From the NCBI GenBank assembly GCA_024684455.1, contig JAIKWU010000076.1, positions 89,645-153,644 on the forward strand: a stretch of 64,000 bases of DNA, given 5' to 3'. Both the position numbers and the translations under genes were made by a program. The stretch comes from Bacteroidaceae bacterium. GTDB taxonomy: Bacteria > Bacteroidota > Bacteroidia > Bacteroidales > Bacteroidaceae. This document shows positions 56,251 to 64,000 of the stretch, piece by piece. Below the pieces are notes generated by a model. The model was given only the letters and a program-made list of their open reading frames with translations, was not told where the DNA came from and searched no databases. Every line of letters starts with the position of its first letter. Position 1 is the first letter of the stretch.

Positions 56251-57294
56251 ATGACAGAAAAACTGAAGATTCTGATTACGGGTGCCAGTGGCTTCATCGG
56301 CAGTTTCCTCTGCGAGGAGGGGCTGATGAGGAAGTTCGAGGTGTGGGCGGGGATGCGCCAGACGAGCAGCCGACGCTGGTTGCAGAACGAATGGCTGCAG
56401 TTCGTGACGCTCGACATGGCCCATCCCGACGTGCTGCGCAGCCAACTTTCGGTGTTCAAGCAGAAACATGGCCGCTGGGACATCATCATCCATGCAGCAG
56501 GCGCGACGAAATGTCTGAATCCAGCCGATTTTGACCGCCACAACTACGACTGCACCGTCCATCTCGTCGAGGCTTTGCAGACACTCGACATGGTGCCCAG
56601 CCTGTTTGTCTATGTGAGCAGCCTTAGCGTTCTGGGTGCCATCCGCGAGGATTACACGGAACTGCGGGCCGACGACATGCCCCAGCCGAACACCGCCTAC
56701 GGACGGAGCAAACTCAAGAGCGAGCAATGGCTCCTGGGACTCGCTGGCAGCGGCTTTCCCGTCGTCATCTTCCGTCCTACGGGTGTCTATGGACCACGCG
56801 AACAGGACTATTTCTTGCAAGCAAAGAGCATCCGGCAGCACATTGACTTTGCCGTCGGTTACAAACCCCAGAAAATCACGTTTGTGTATGTCCAGGATCT
56901 TGTCAACGCCATCTATCTCGCCATCCAAAAGTCGGTCGAAGGGCAGGGCAGTGTGGTCGAAGGGAAAATCTACCATGTGAGCGACGGTGCGACCTACGAC
57001 TCGCGCGAGTTCAGCGACCTGTTGCAGCGGTTTATGGGCGTCAGCGGCGTGTTGCACATCAAGGCTCCACTCTGGTTCCTGCGCACTGTGTGTGCCGTCA
57101 GCGACTGGTGGTCCATACACGTGAGCAAAAAGGTATCGACGCTCAATAACGACAAGTACCGTATTCTCTCGCAGCGCAACTGGATGTGCGACATTACGCC
57201 TGCACGGCGCGACCTCGGCTACATTCCCGAATGGCCGTTGGAGCGTGGCACAAAGGCCATTGTGGAGTGGTATAAAAAGGAGGGGTGGCTATGA
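56251..57294 (+). CDS. NAD-dependent epimerase/dehydratase family protein
   Basis: Start trimmed to MTEKLKILITGASGFIGSFL (Rossmann GxxGxxG). Contains ...YGRSK.... Confidence 0.85.
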   Translation: MTEKLKILITGASGFIGSFLCEEGLMRKFEVWAGMRQTSSRRWLQNEWLQFVTLDMAHPDVLRSQLSVFKQKHGRWDIIIHAAGATKCLNPADFDRHNYDCTVHLVEALQTLDMVPSLFVYVSSLSVLGAIREDYTELRADDMPQPNTAYGRSKLKSEQWLLGLAGSGFPVVIFRPTGVYGPREQDYFLQAKSIRQHIDFAVGYKPQKITFVYVQDLVNAIYLAIQKSVEGQGSVVEGKIYHVSDGATYDSREFSDLLQRFMGVSGVLHIKAPLWFLRTVCAVSDWWSIHVSKKVSTLNNDKYRILSQRNWMCDITPARRDLGYIPEWPLERGTKAIVEWYKKEGWL

Positions 57295-58250
57295 GCAAAT
57301 TCTTCGAACGACATTCCGAGAACGGACTGCTCAGCGTCGAGGTGTTGACGCTGGGCTACATGCTGGTGACAGCCGTCATGACGCTTGTGTGGTGGGACAA
57401 TATCACGCGGCCTGAAGACATGATGGTCTGGCGTGGCGGCGCACTGGCTTTCATGGTGCTCGCCAACATCATCTACCATTTCTATCCCAGCCGCTTCACC
57501 ATCGCCCTACGGGCCGTCCCGCTGTTCCTCTGCCTCATCCAATGGTATCCGGAAACGTATGAGTTCTGCAAACAATTCAACTACCAGGACCATCTCTTTG
57601 CCGGCGCCGATTGGCTGATCTTCGGTTGCCAGCCAGGGGTGATGTTGCAGCAATGGCTGCCCGACGACGTCTGGTACGAAAGTTTCTGCCTCGGCTACTA
57701 CTCCTATTATTATCTGATGATGGTGACGATGCTGTTCATCCTTTGTGCCCGATACGACGACTTTCAGCGAGCCTCGTTCGTGTTTCTCGGCAGTTTCTTC
57801 CTCTTTTATCTCATCTACGAATTTCTCCCTGTTGCAGGCCCGCAATACTACTACTGCGCCATCGGTCTCGACCGTGCGCAAGAGGCTTATTTCCCTGAAA
57901 TGGGACACTACTTTGCAGAGAACCAAGACTGTCTGCCTGTGGAGGACCGTGGCATCTTCAGCCGTTTGGTGTGGGAGGCACACCAGACCGGCGAGCATCC
58001 CACGGCAGCCTTCCCCTCGAGCCATGTCGGCATGGCAACCCTCTCGATGATACTGGCCTGGCAGACGCGCAATCGCTGGCTCTTCTGGCTGCAAGTTCCG
58101 TTCTACCTGCTGCTGGTCGTCTCCACCGTCTATGTACGGGCACACTATGCCATCGACTCGATCGCAGGATTCATCTTCGCCTTCGCCTTCTTCGGACTGA
58201 TGAACGGACTTTGGCCTGGCGTGAAGGGTCTGCTACGGTTAAAAGACTGA
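57285..58250 (+). CDS. PAP2-family membrane phosphatase
   Basis: Polytopic. PSSHVGMA and RAHYAIDSIAG phosphatase motifs. Confidence 0.8.
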   Translation: MAMSKFFERHSENGLLSVEVLTLGYMLVTAVMTLVWWDNITRPEDMMVWRGGALAFMVLANIIYHFYPSRFTIALRAVPLFLCLIQWYPETYEFCKQFNYQDHLFAGADWLIFGCQPGVMLQQWLPDDVWYESFCLGYYSYYYLMMVTMLFILCARYDDFQRASFVFLGSFFLFYLIYEFLPVAGPQYYYCAIGLDRAQEAYFPEMGHYFAENQDCLPVEDRGIFSRLVWEAHQTGEHPTAAFPSSHVGMATLSMILAWQTRNRWLFWLQVPFYLLLVVSTVYVRAHYAIDSIAGFIFAFAFFGLMNGLWPGVKGLLRLKD

Positions 58251-58254
58251 TACA

Positions 58255-59124
58255 GTGCAATATACCAATATCTTCCATACGCTTAAAAAAGAACTCCAAA
58301 GTTCTTACTCGCAGCGTGAAGCCGAGACGATTGCGTTCTGGCTTCTGGAAGATGTGGCAGGGCTGACGCGCAGCGACGTGCTCATGGGCCGTGCTGACCT
58401 GCTCTCCGACGAACTCATCGGCCGGCTGCAGCAGATGGTACGGCGCATCGCACAGGGCGAACCTGTGCAGTACGTCCTCGGTTACACTGATTTCTGCAAC
58501 CTGCGCATTGGCGTTGCTCCTGGCGTGCTCATCCCCCGCCCCGAGACGGCGGACATGGTAGAGATGTGCCGCCAGTTCGCCCCGACGCACATCTACGACC
58601 TCTGCACTGGCAGCGGCTGCATCGCGCTGGCACTGAAAAAGATGTTCCCAAAGGCCACAGTCGAGGGCTGGGACATCTCGGACAAGGCTTTGGACATTGC
58701 CCGTCAAAACGCAGAAGACCTTGAACTTGACGTCACGTTCCGCCACGTCGATGTTTTGGATGGGTCCTCTCCCCCTGTCGGGATGAGTCGGAGGGGAATC
58801 GGCCTCCTGATTTCCAACCCTCCCTACGTCTGCGACAGCGAGCGTGCGGAGATGGAGCGCAATGTCCTCGAACATGAGCCTGCGGAGGCGCTCTTCGTGC
58901 CTGACGACGACCCGCTGCTGTTCTACCGCGCCATCGCCACGTGGGGACACTACCTGCTTTCGGACGGCGGTCATGTCATGGTCGAGACCAACCGCCGCTA
59001 TGCCCACGACGTGGCCGACCTGTTCCGCAGCAAGGGCTACGACGAGGCGGAAGTGCTGAAGGACTGCTTCTCCAACGACCGCATGGTACAGTGCCAAAAA
59101 ATATCCACTGCAGTGGTACAATAG
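58255..59124 (+). CDS. prmC: Peptide chain release factor N5-glutamine methyltransferase
   Basis: DLCTGSGCIALAL (motif I) and ISNPPYV (NPPY). The last ~10 codons run into the family-4 array. Confidence 0.9.
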   Translation: MQYTNIFHTLKKELQSSYSQREAETIAFWLLEDVAGLTRSDVLMGRADLLSDELIGRLQQMVRRIAQGEPVQYVLGYTDFCNLRIGVAPGVLIPRPETADMVEMCRQFAPTHIYDLCTGSGCIALALKKMFPKATVEGWDISDKALDIARQNAEDLELDVTFRHVDVLDGSSPPVGMSRRGIGLLISNPPYVCDSERAEMERNVLEHEPAEALFVPDDDPLLFYRAIATWGHYLLSDGGHVMVETNRRYAHDVADLFRSKGYDEAEVLKDCFSNDRMVQCQKISTAVVQ

Positions 59125-59185
59125 TTTCATCGCAGTGGTACAAGTGTTTCACCGCAGTGAAACAAATGTTCCACCGCAGTGAAAC
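59102..59185. repeat. Family-4 array: four 18-bp palindromes phased at exactly 22 bp, spanning the prmC stop
   Basis: tatccactgcagtggtac (59102), gtttcatcgcagtggtac (59124), gtttcaccgcagtgaaac (59146), gttccaccgcagtgaaac (59168). Confidence 0.9.
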
Positions 59186-59214
59186 TTCAGATACATCGCC
59201 CTTTATTTTCAAAC

Positions 59215-59706
59215 ATGGAACGACAGAAGAAAGAACTGACTGAAGAACAAGCATTTACGCGCCTTGCACGACTGTGCTCCACGACGGAGTACTGCCGCTA
59301 CGACATGCGGCGTAAGATGGCAGCGTGGTTGCTGCCCGAAGGAGCCGAGGAGCGTGTGCTGAAGCGGTTGGAACAGGAACGATACATCGACGAGGTGCGC
59401 TATGCCCATGCCTACGTTCGCGACAAGTCACGCCATAACCGCTGGGGAGCCAAGCGCATAGAACTGGAACTGCGCCGTCGCGGCATTACCGACGAGACCA
59501 TTCAAGACGCCCTGACCGAAATTACGGAGGAGCAGAGCGATGAGACCCTCGAAGGCCTGTTGCGCACGAAACTCAAGACAGTGAAGGGAAAGTCGGACTA
59601 CGATGTCTTTCTGAAACTGCTCCGCTTCAGTGTCGGCCGTGGTTTCCCGCAAGACCAGGCCCATCGCTGCCTCAAACGCATCATCAATACAGAAGAGTAT
59701 CCATGA
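59215..59706 (+). CDS. recX: Regulatory protein RecX
   Basis: Start trimmed to MERQKKELTEEQAF. ...CSTTEYCRYDMRRKM...RYIDEVRYAHAYVRDK... RecX helical repeats. Confidence 0.8.
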   Translation: MERQKKELTEEQAFTRLARLCSTTEYCRYDMRRKMAAWLLPEGAEERVLKRLEQERYIDEVRYAHAYVRDKSRHNRWGAKRIELELRRRGITDETIQDALTEITEEQSDETLEGLLRTKLKTVKGKSDYDVFLKLLRFSVGRGFPQDQAHRCLKRIINTEEYP

Positions 59707-60719
59707 AAATTCGCAACATAGACTTGGGCTATCGGCCAGTGATGCTGGCACCGATGGAGGATGTGACCGATCCTGCATTCCGACGCATCTGCAAGGAATT
59801 CGGAGCGGCGATGGTCTATTCCGAATTTGTCAGTGCCGATGCGCTCATCCGCAGCGTAGGCCGCACGATGGAGAAGATTAGGGTGCGCGACGACGAACGC
59901 CCAGCAGCCGTGCAGATTTACGGGCGTGACGTTGAGACAATGGTGGAGGCGGCGCGCATCGTCGAGAGCGAGGCACATCCCGACGTGCTCGACATCAACT
60001 TCGGCTGTCCAGTGAAGAAAGTCGCTGGAAAGGGTGCGGGTGCAGGTCTGCTGCGCAATCCCGAACTGCTGCTCGACATCACTCGAGCCGTTGTCCGTGC
60101 TGTGTCGCTGCCCGTGACCGTCAAGACCCGTCTGGGTTGGGACCATGAGAGCAAGAACATCGTCACGCTGGCCGAGCAACTGCAGGACTGCGGCATCGAG
60201 GCACTCACGATACACGGCCGCACCCGCAGCCAGATGTACACGGGTGAGGCCGACTGGACACTGATTGGTGAAGTGAAGAAGAATCCGCGCATGAGCATTC
60301 CCATCATCGGCAACGGCGACATCGACAGCGGACCACGTGCACTGGAGATGTTTGATCGTTATGGCGTGGATGGTGTGATGGTGGGTCGCGCCACGTTCGG
60401 ACAGCCGTGGTTGTTTCGCGAGATTCGCGACACGCTTGACGGACGAGGGGACGCGCCGCAACTGACAACCAAGTGGAAACTCGATGTGCTGCGCAGGCAG
60501 ATTCGCGAGAGTGTGGCTGGGTCGATGCAGCGCACCGACTGTGCCCGAAAGGCCACCGAACTGGGCGGTATCATCCATGTGCGCCGCCATCTCGCTGCTT
60601 CGCCGCTGTTTAAGGGTATTCCCGACTTCCGACAGACGCGCATACGGATGCTCCGAGCCGAGTCGATGGACGAACTCTTCGCCATTCTCGATGATATAGA
60701 GCAACGATTTTTTCAGTAA
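59703..60719 (+). CDS. dusB: tRNA-dihydrouridine synthase
   Basis: ...VMLAPMEDVTDPAFRRICKEFGA...DINFGCPVKKV...HGRTRSQMYTG. Confidence 0.92.
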   Translation: MKIRNIDLGYRPVMLAPMEDVTDPAFRRICKEFGAAMVYSEFVSADALIRSVGRTMEKIRVRDDERPAAVQIYGRDVETMVEAARIVESEAHPDVLDINFGCPVKKVAGKGAGAGLLRNPELLLDITRAVVRAVSLPVTVKTRLGWDHESKNIVTLAEQLQDCGIEALTIHGRTRSQMYTGEADWTLIGEVKKNPRMSIPIIGNGDIDSGPRALEMFDRYGVDGVMVGRATFGQPWLFREIRDTLDGRGDAPQLTTKWKLDVLRRQIRESVAGSMQRTDCARKATELGGIIHVRRHLAASPLFKGIPDFRQTRIRMLRAESMDELFAILDDIEQRFFQ

Positions 60720-60732
60720 AGAACAGACATCA

Positions 60733-60769
60733 GAAAACGCCGTGCAGCGCAATGCCGCACGGCGTTTTC
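60733..60769. terminator. Bidirectional terminator between convergent dusB and the VWA gene
   Basis: gaaaacgccgtgc - 11 nt - gcacggcgttttc. U-rich 3' sides on both strands. Confidence 0.75.
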
Positions 60770-60794
60770 TTGATGTGATGATTGTTGTTGGGTA

Positions 60795-62750
60795 TTAGTT
60801 CGGACGGAAGATGGTACGAACCTTGCTTTCATCACCTGCAACAACATCGCTCTTCACCTTACCCGTCAACTCTTCGATGATGGTGTCGAGCGACTTTGCA
60901 AAGTCGGTCTGATCCGAAATGTTGGGGTTGCGAACGACGTTCTTCCAGTCGTCCATTGCTGCCCAGTCGCCAGCGTTCCAGTAGCCATTTGTGCCTGTCG
61001 GAGCGAAGAGAATCATGCGGCGGCCTGTCGGCATACCATCCCACATTGCCTTCACCTGTTCGTAGGTGTACTCCTGATACATCGGCTTGGCTATGGGATT
61101 TCCATATTCATCAACCTTAATGCTGCCATCTGCGTTGTGTTCCACGTTCTCGTCGATGATGACTGGGTTTCCTGAGTCGTCATAAATATAGCCTCCGAAT
61201 TCATCTGTAGCATATATAGGCAGTTTACAGATGCTTTCGTTGATGATGAGGTATGGAGCGTCGGTCCAGAGGATGACTACCTGGCGGTGATAACCGTCGT
61301 CGGCACCCCAGTCAGGCTTCTGGAAAGCAGCGGCAAGTGCTTCAAGTCCGCTCTCAGGAATGTCGCCGCCACCACGGGCATACTGATCTCTAACAAACGA
61401 TTCGAAGGCTTCCTTTTCTGCCGGCATATTGTAAGTCGGGCTGATCATCATGGCTTCTTTGCCGTCCACGTTGATGTCCTGGTAGGCAATAACCTTTGTG
61501 GTGAGGCCGGTGAGCGTGATGTTGGCTGTTGTACATTTGTCGTTAAACAGGTCGTAGAAAGCAAGTGCATTATCCTTCACCATGTTAATCATACCACTCA
61601 TCGAACCCGTTACGTCCATGACCAGTACGACATCGACAAAGAGTTTATTCTCGTCGGTGGTGAACTGTTTGGTGGTGGTGTCGTAGGATGTGTTTTCATC
61701 ATACTTCTGTGCGGGGTCAAGAACGAGTCCGTCGTGTCCAGCCACTGGAGTGAACTGGTAGAATGCACGATAGTAGTACGTGGTCTTGGGGTTGAAGCCG
61801 CGGAAGTCAACGTCGAAGTTCTGTCCGTCCTTCAGTTCGGCTGCGCCCTGGAACTCAGCCTGGCCAATGAACAGTTTCTTGGGGTCTTTGTCGCAGACGA
61901 TACCCACGATACCAGCCTCGGTGGCTCTCGGGTCGGCGCAGAACACAGTTCCGCTCAGGGTACAACTCGAACCACCCACCTTGAACGATGCCTTGCCCGT
62001 CCAGACCGTGATGGTGTTGTAGATCTTCTCTACGTAGGTCTCTTCGAAAGTATCAGCATCAGTGGCTGCTACAGCCACACCGTCGGAACCAACAGCCACA
62101 CCTGCATCGGCGGCTTCGGAAGTCGTCATCGTGCTCGAGCCAACATAGTGGCAGTTGACGATTTCGCGGAAGTAGAGGACTGATGCAACAACGGTGGGAT
62201 AGGACGACAGTTTTGATACGTCGGTCACGCTGGCGAAGAAGAAGAGCGAGCGCTGGAGGTCGTTCTTGTAGTCGGCAGCGGCCATTGCAGCGTCGAGTGC
62301 GGCTTTGTCGTACTCAATCTGGTCAACGTACTTGATGGTTTCACCGTTCGTAAACACGAGTTCCAGCACGTTGTCGCTCAGGAACGAGAAGTTGAGCACA
62401 CCTTCCTTCATGACGAACTGGAGTGGCAAGTTGTTCTCCTTGTTAATGAGGAGGGTAGCCTTCGTTGCGCCGTCTGCACTGGAGAAGTACAGGGTTTCGA
62501 TGTTGAGCGCACTGCTGGTTCCACCGGCCTTGCGGCGTGGCGATGCCGACGGAGCATCGTTCTTCTTGAGTAAGAAGAGACCTTGTTTGGTGGAATAACC
62601 TTTGTCCCAAGAGCCGAGCATAGAGGCTGGAAGTTCTTTGAGGGTTTCGCCGACAACGGGGGCTTCTCCACCTCCGTCACTGCTGCTGGAACATGCCGAG
62701 AAGCCGATGAGGGCGACTACGGCCATCAGAAACAAACTGATTTTCTTCAT
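60795..62750 (-). CDS. von Willebrand factor type A domain lipoprotein
   Basis: Lipobox MKKISLFLMAVVALIGFSAC. MIDAS-like VVLVMDVTGSMSG. Confidence 0.7.
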   Translation of the reverse strand: MKKISLFLMAVVALIGFSACSSSSDGGGEAPVVGETLKELPASMLGSWDKGYSTKQGLFLLKKNDAPSASPRRKAGGTSSALNIETLYFSSADGATKATLLINKENNLPLQFVMKEGVLNFSFLSDNVLELVFTNGETIKYVDQIEYDKAALDAAMAAADYKNDLQRSLFFFASVTDVSKLSSYPTVVASVLYFREIVNCHYVGSSTMTTSEAADAGVAVGSDGVAVAATDADTFEETYVEKIYNTITVWTGKASFKVGGSSCTLSGTVFCADPRATEAGIVGIVCDKDPKKLFIGQAEFQGAAELKDGQNFDVDFRGFNPKTTYYYRAFYQFTPVAGHDGLVLDPAQKYDENTSYDTTTKQFTTDENKLFVDVVLVMDVTGSMSGMINMVKDNALAFYDLFNDKCTTANITLTGLTTKVIAYQDINVDGKEAMMISPTYNMPAEKEAFESFVRDQYARGGGDIPESGLEALAAAFQKPDWGADDGYHRQVVILWTDAPYLIINESICKLPIYATDEFGGYIYDDSGNPVIIDENVEHNADGSIKVDEYGNPIAKPMYQEYTYEQVKAMWDGMPTGRRMILFAPTGTNGYWNAGDWAAMDDWKNVVRNPNISDQTDFAKSLDTIIEELTGKVKSDVVAGDESKVRTIFRPN

Positions 62751-62827
62751 AGTTTTTGATGTTTTTAGTTAAACAATAAAAAATAAATTCGGTGTTATTT
62801 CAATACATAAAAAATGTATCGCAATTG

Positions 62828-62835
62828 CAAAGATA
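62828..62835 (-). promoter_or_regulatory. -7 box TATCTTTG for the VWA gene
   Basis: The reverse complement of caaagata, about 78 bp upstream of the ATG at 62750. Confidence 0.45.
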
Positions 62836-62983
62836 GAGCAGACGTTTGTAAAGAGCAAAACTTTTTTTCAAAAATATCATCCCAAAGTTGATTTTCTGCA
62901 AAATTGAAAGGTTTTATGCGAATTTGAAATGTAAAAATGTGTGAAATGTTACATTTGGGACACCAGCGAAATGGCCAATTCCT

Positions 62984-63057
62984 TGTAGGGCTGGCCCAAG
63001 GGGTGTCCATAAACAACGATTAAGAACTTTATGGACACCCCACGGGTCGTCACTACA
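62984..63057. repeat. Family-2 REPIN-like inverted doublet, diverged copy (25-nt arms, 24-nt spacer)
   Basis: tGTAGggctggcccaaggggtgtcc - 24 nt - ggacaccccacgggtcgtcaCTACa. Same geometry as the 8951 copy, with about 6 arm mismatches. Confidence 0.75.
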
Positions 63058-63135
63058 GACTAACGCTATGAATCGACGGGGGCTTACGCGTGGAAAATAC
63101 TTAAAAGATTATTTTGCTATGTGCAAAGAAACGAC

Positions 63136-63143
63136 TAACTTTG
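63136..63143 (+). promoter_or_regulatory. -7 box TAACTTTG for ruvB
   Basis: TAnnTTTG match 18 bp upstream of the ATG at 63161. Confidence 0.6.
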
Positions 63144-63160
63144 CACATTATTTAACGACT

Positions 63161-64000
63161 ATGAACGAAGATTTTGACATTCGTGAAGAGCAATACTTGT
63201 CAGCGAAGGAGAAGGACTTCGAGAATGCGCTCCGACCGTTGCGGTTTGCCGACTTCAGCGGACAGACGAAGGTGGTCGAAAATCTGAGCATCTTTGTCGA
63301 GGCAGCCAAGTTCCGCGGCGAGCCCCTTGACCACACGTTGCTGCATGGCCCTCCAGGACTGGGCAAGACGACGCTGTCGAACATCATCGCCAACGAACTG
63401 GGCGTGGGGTTCAAGGTGACCAGCGGTCCTGTGCTCGACAAACCGGGCGACTTGGCCGGCATCCTCACCTCGCTCGAGGAGAACGACGTGCTGTTCATCG
63501 ACGAAATCCACCGACTGTCGCCCGTGGTCGAGGAGTATCTGTACTCGGCGATGGAGGATTTCCGCATCGACATCATGATTGACAAGGGTCCGTCGGCCCG
63601 CTCGATACAGATCGACCTGAACCCCTTCACGCTGGTCGGTGCGACGACGCGCAGCGGTCTGCTCACCGCACCGCTCCGTGCCCGTTTCGGCATCAACATG
63701 CACCTCGAATACTACGATGCCGACGTGCTGAAGAAGATTATCCTGCGTTCGGCACGTTTGCTGGAGGTGCCTTGCGACGAAGACGCTGCCGCCGAGATTG
63801 CTGGCCGCAGTCGTGGTACACCACGTATTGCCAATGCCTTGCTGCGCCGTGTACGCGACTTTGCACAGGTGCGAGGCACGGGTCGCATCGACGTGAAGAT
63901 TGCACACATCGCGCTCGAAGCCCTGAACATCGATAAGTTCGGCCTCGACGAGATTGACAATAAAATTTTGACGACCATCATCGACAAGTTCAAGGGCGGT
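63161..64000 (+). CDS. ruvB: Holliday junction branch migration DNA helicase RuvB; 3' end lies outside the window
   Basis: Hand translation: [35 protein letters not shown]...[22 protein letters not shown]...[10 protein letters not shown]...[18 protein letters not shown]. It has no stop within the window, so it is absent from the ORF track. Confidence 0.93.
   Translation, partial: MNEDFDIREEQYLSAKEKDFENALRPLRFADFSGQTKVVENLSIFVEAAKFRGEPLDHTLLHGPPGLGKTTLSNIIANELGVGFKVTSGPVLDKPGDLAGILTSLEENDVLFIDEIHRLSPVVEEYLYSAMEDFRIDIMIDKGPSARSIQIDLNPFTLVGATTRSGLLTAPLRARFGINMHLEYYDADVLKKIILRSARLLEVPCDEDAAAEIAGRSRGTPRIANALLRRVRDFAQVRGTGRIDVKIAHIALEALNIDKFGLDEIDNKILTTIIDKFKGG

Noticed and set aside
58765-58805. 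A possible degenerate family-1 unit inside prmC (tcctctccccctgtcgggatgagtcggaggggaatcgg, peptide GSSPPVGMSRRGIG just before NPPY).
   Set aside because: Similarity is limited to C-run/G-run composition with a weak stem. The segment length is within the normal range for the loop preceding NPPY in PrmC, so I cannot distinguish it from chance.

Overview
The window is a 64-kb chromosomal segment from a high-GC Bacteroidota genome. It looks Prevotellaceae-like: TAnnTTTG -7 promoter boxes, T9SS C-terminal sorting domains, and lipoproteins with SGC/SAC lipoboxes. I could not run database searches, so all product calls rest on motifs read by eye. Most of the segment is tightly packed housekeeping genes: purL, pckA, groES/groEL, metK, recN, argH, argB, pyrE, pyrH, xth, greA, rnpA/yidD, cysE, prmC, recX, dusB and ruvB. 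I saw no tRNA, rRNA, CRISPR array, IS element or prophage. Three regions look accessory. (1) A glycan-modification region on the minus strand (about 2.8-17.2 kb) holds a translationally coupled lipoprotein / beta-propeller x2 / GT2 operon and a LicD / cytidylyltransferase / AsnB-like / acyltransferase x3 / flippase locus. (2) An AT-rich MvaI/BcnI-like Type II restriction-modification island (45.7-47.3 kb) is wedged between metK and pyrH. (3) Two secreted T9SS cargo genes are present. The most unusual signal is a dense population of short palindromic repeats in four families. Family 1 is a ~45-bp GC-rich hairpin unit, usually found as inverted doublets, that lies inside coding sequences in open frames. 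It gives peptides such as PLPLPVREG and SPPSQGG in an AraC regulator, a lipoprotein and an acyltransferase, and it supplies the C-terminus and stop codon of PurL and apparently the N-terminus of ChrA. This behaviour resembles Rickettsia palindromic elements. Families 3 and 4 are modular arrays of 14-18-bp palindromes phased at 22 bp (one 21-bp step in family 3). Family 2 is a GTAG-initiated inverted doublet resembling a REPIN. Long antisense ORFs and N-terminal ORF extensions in the supplied track are high-GC artefacts, and I trimmed them.
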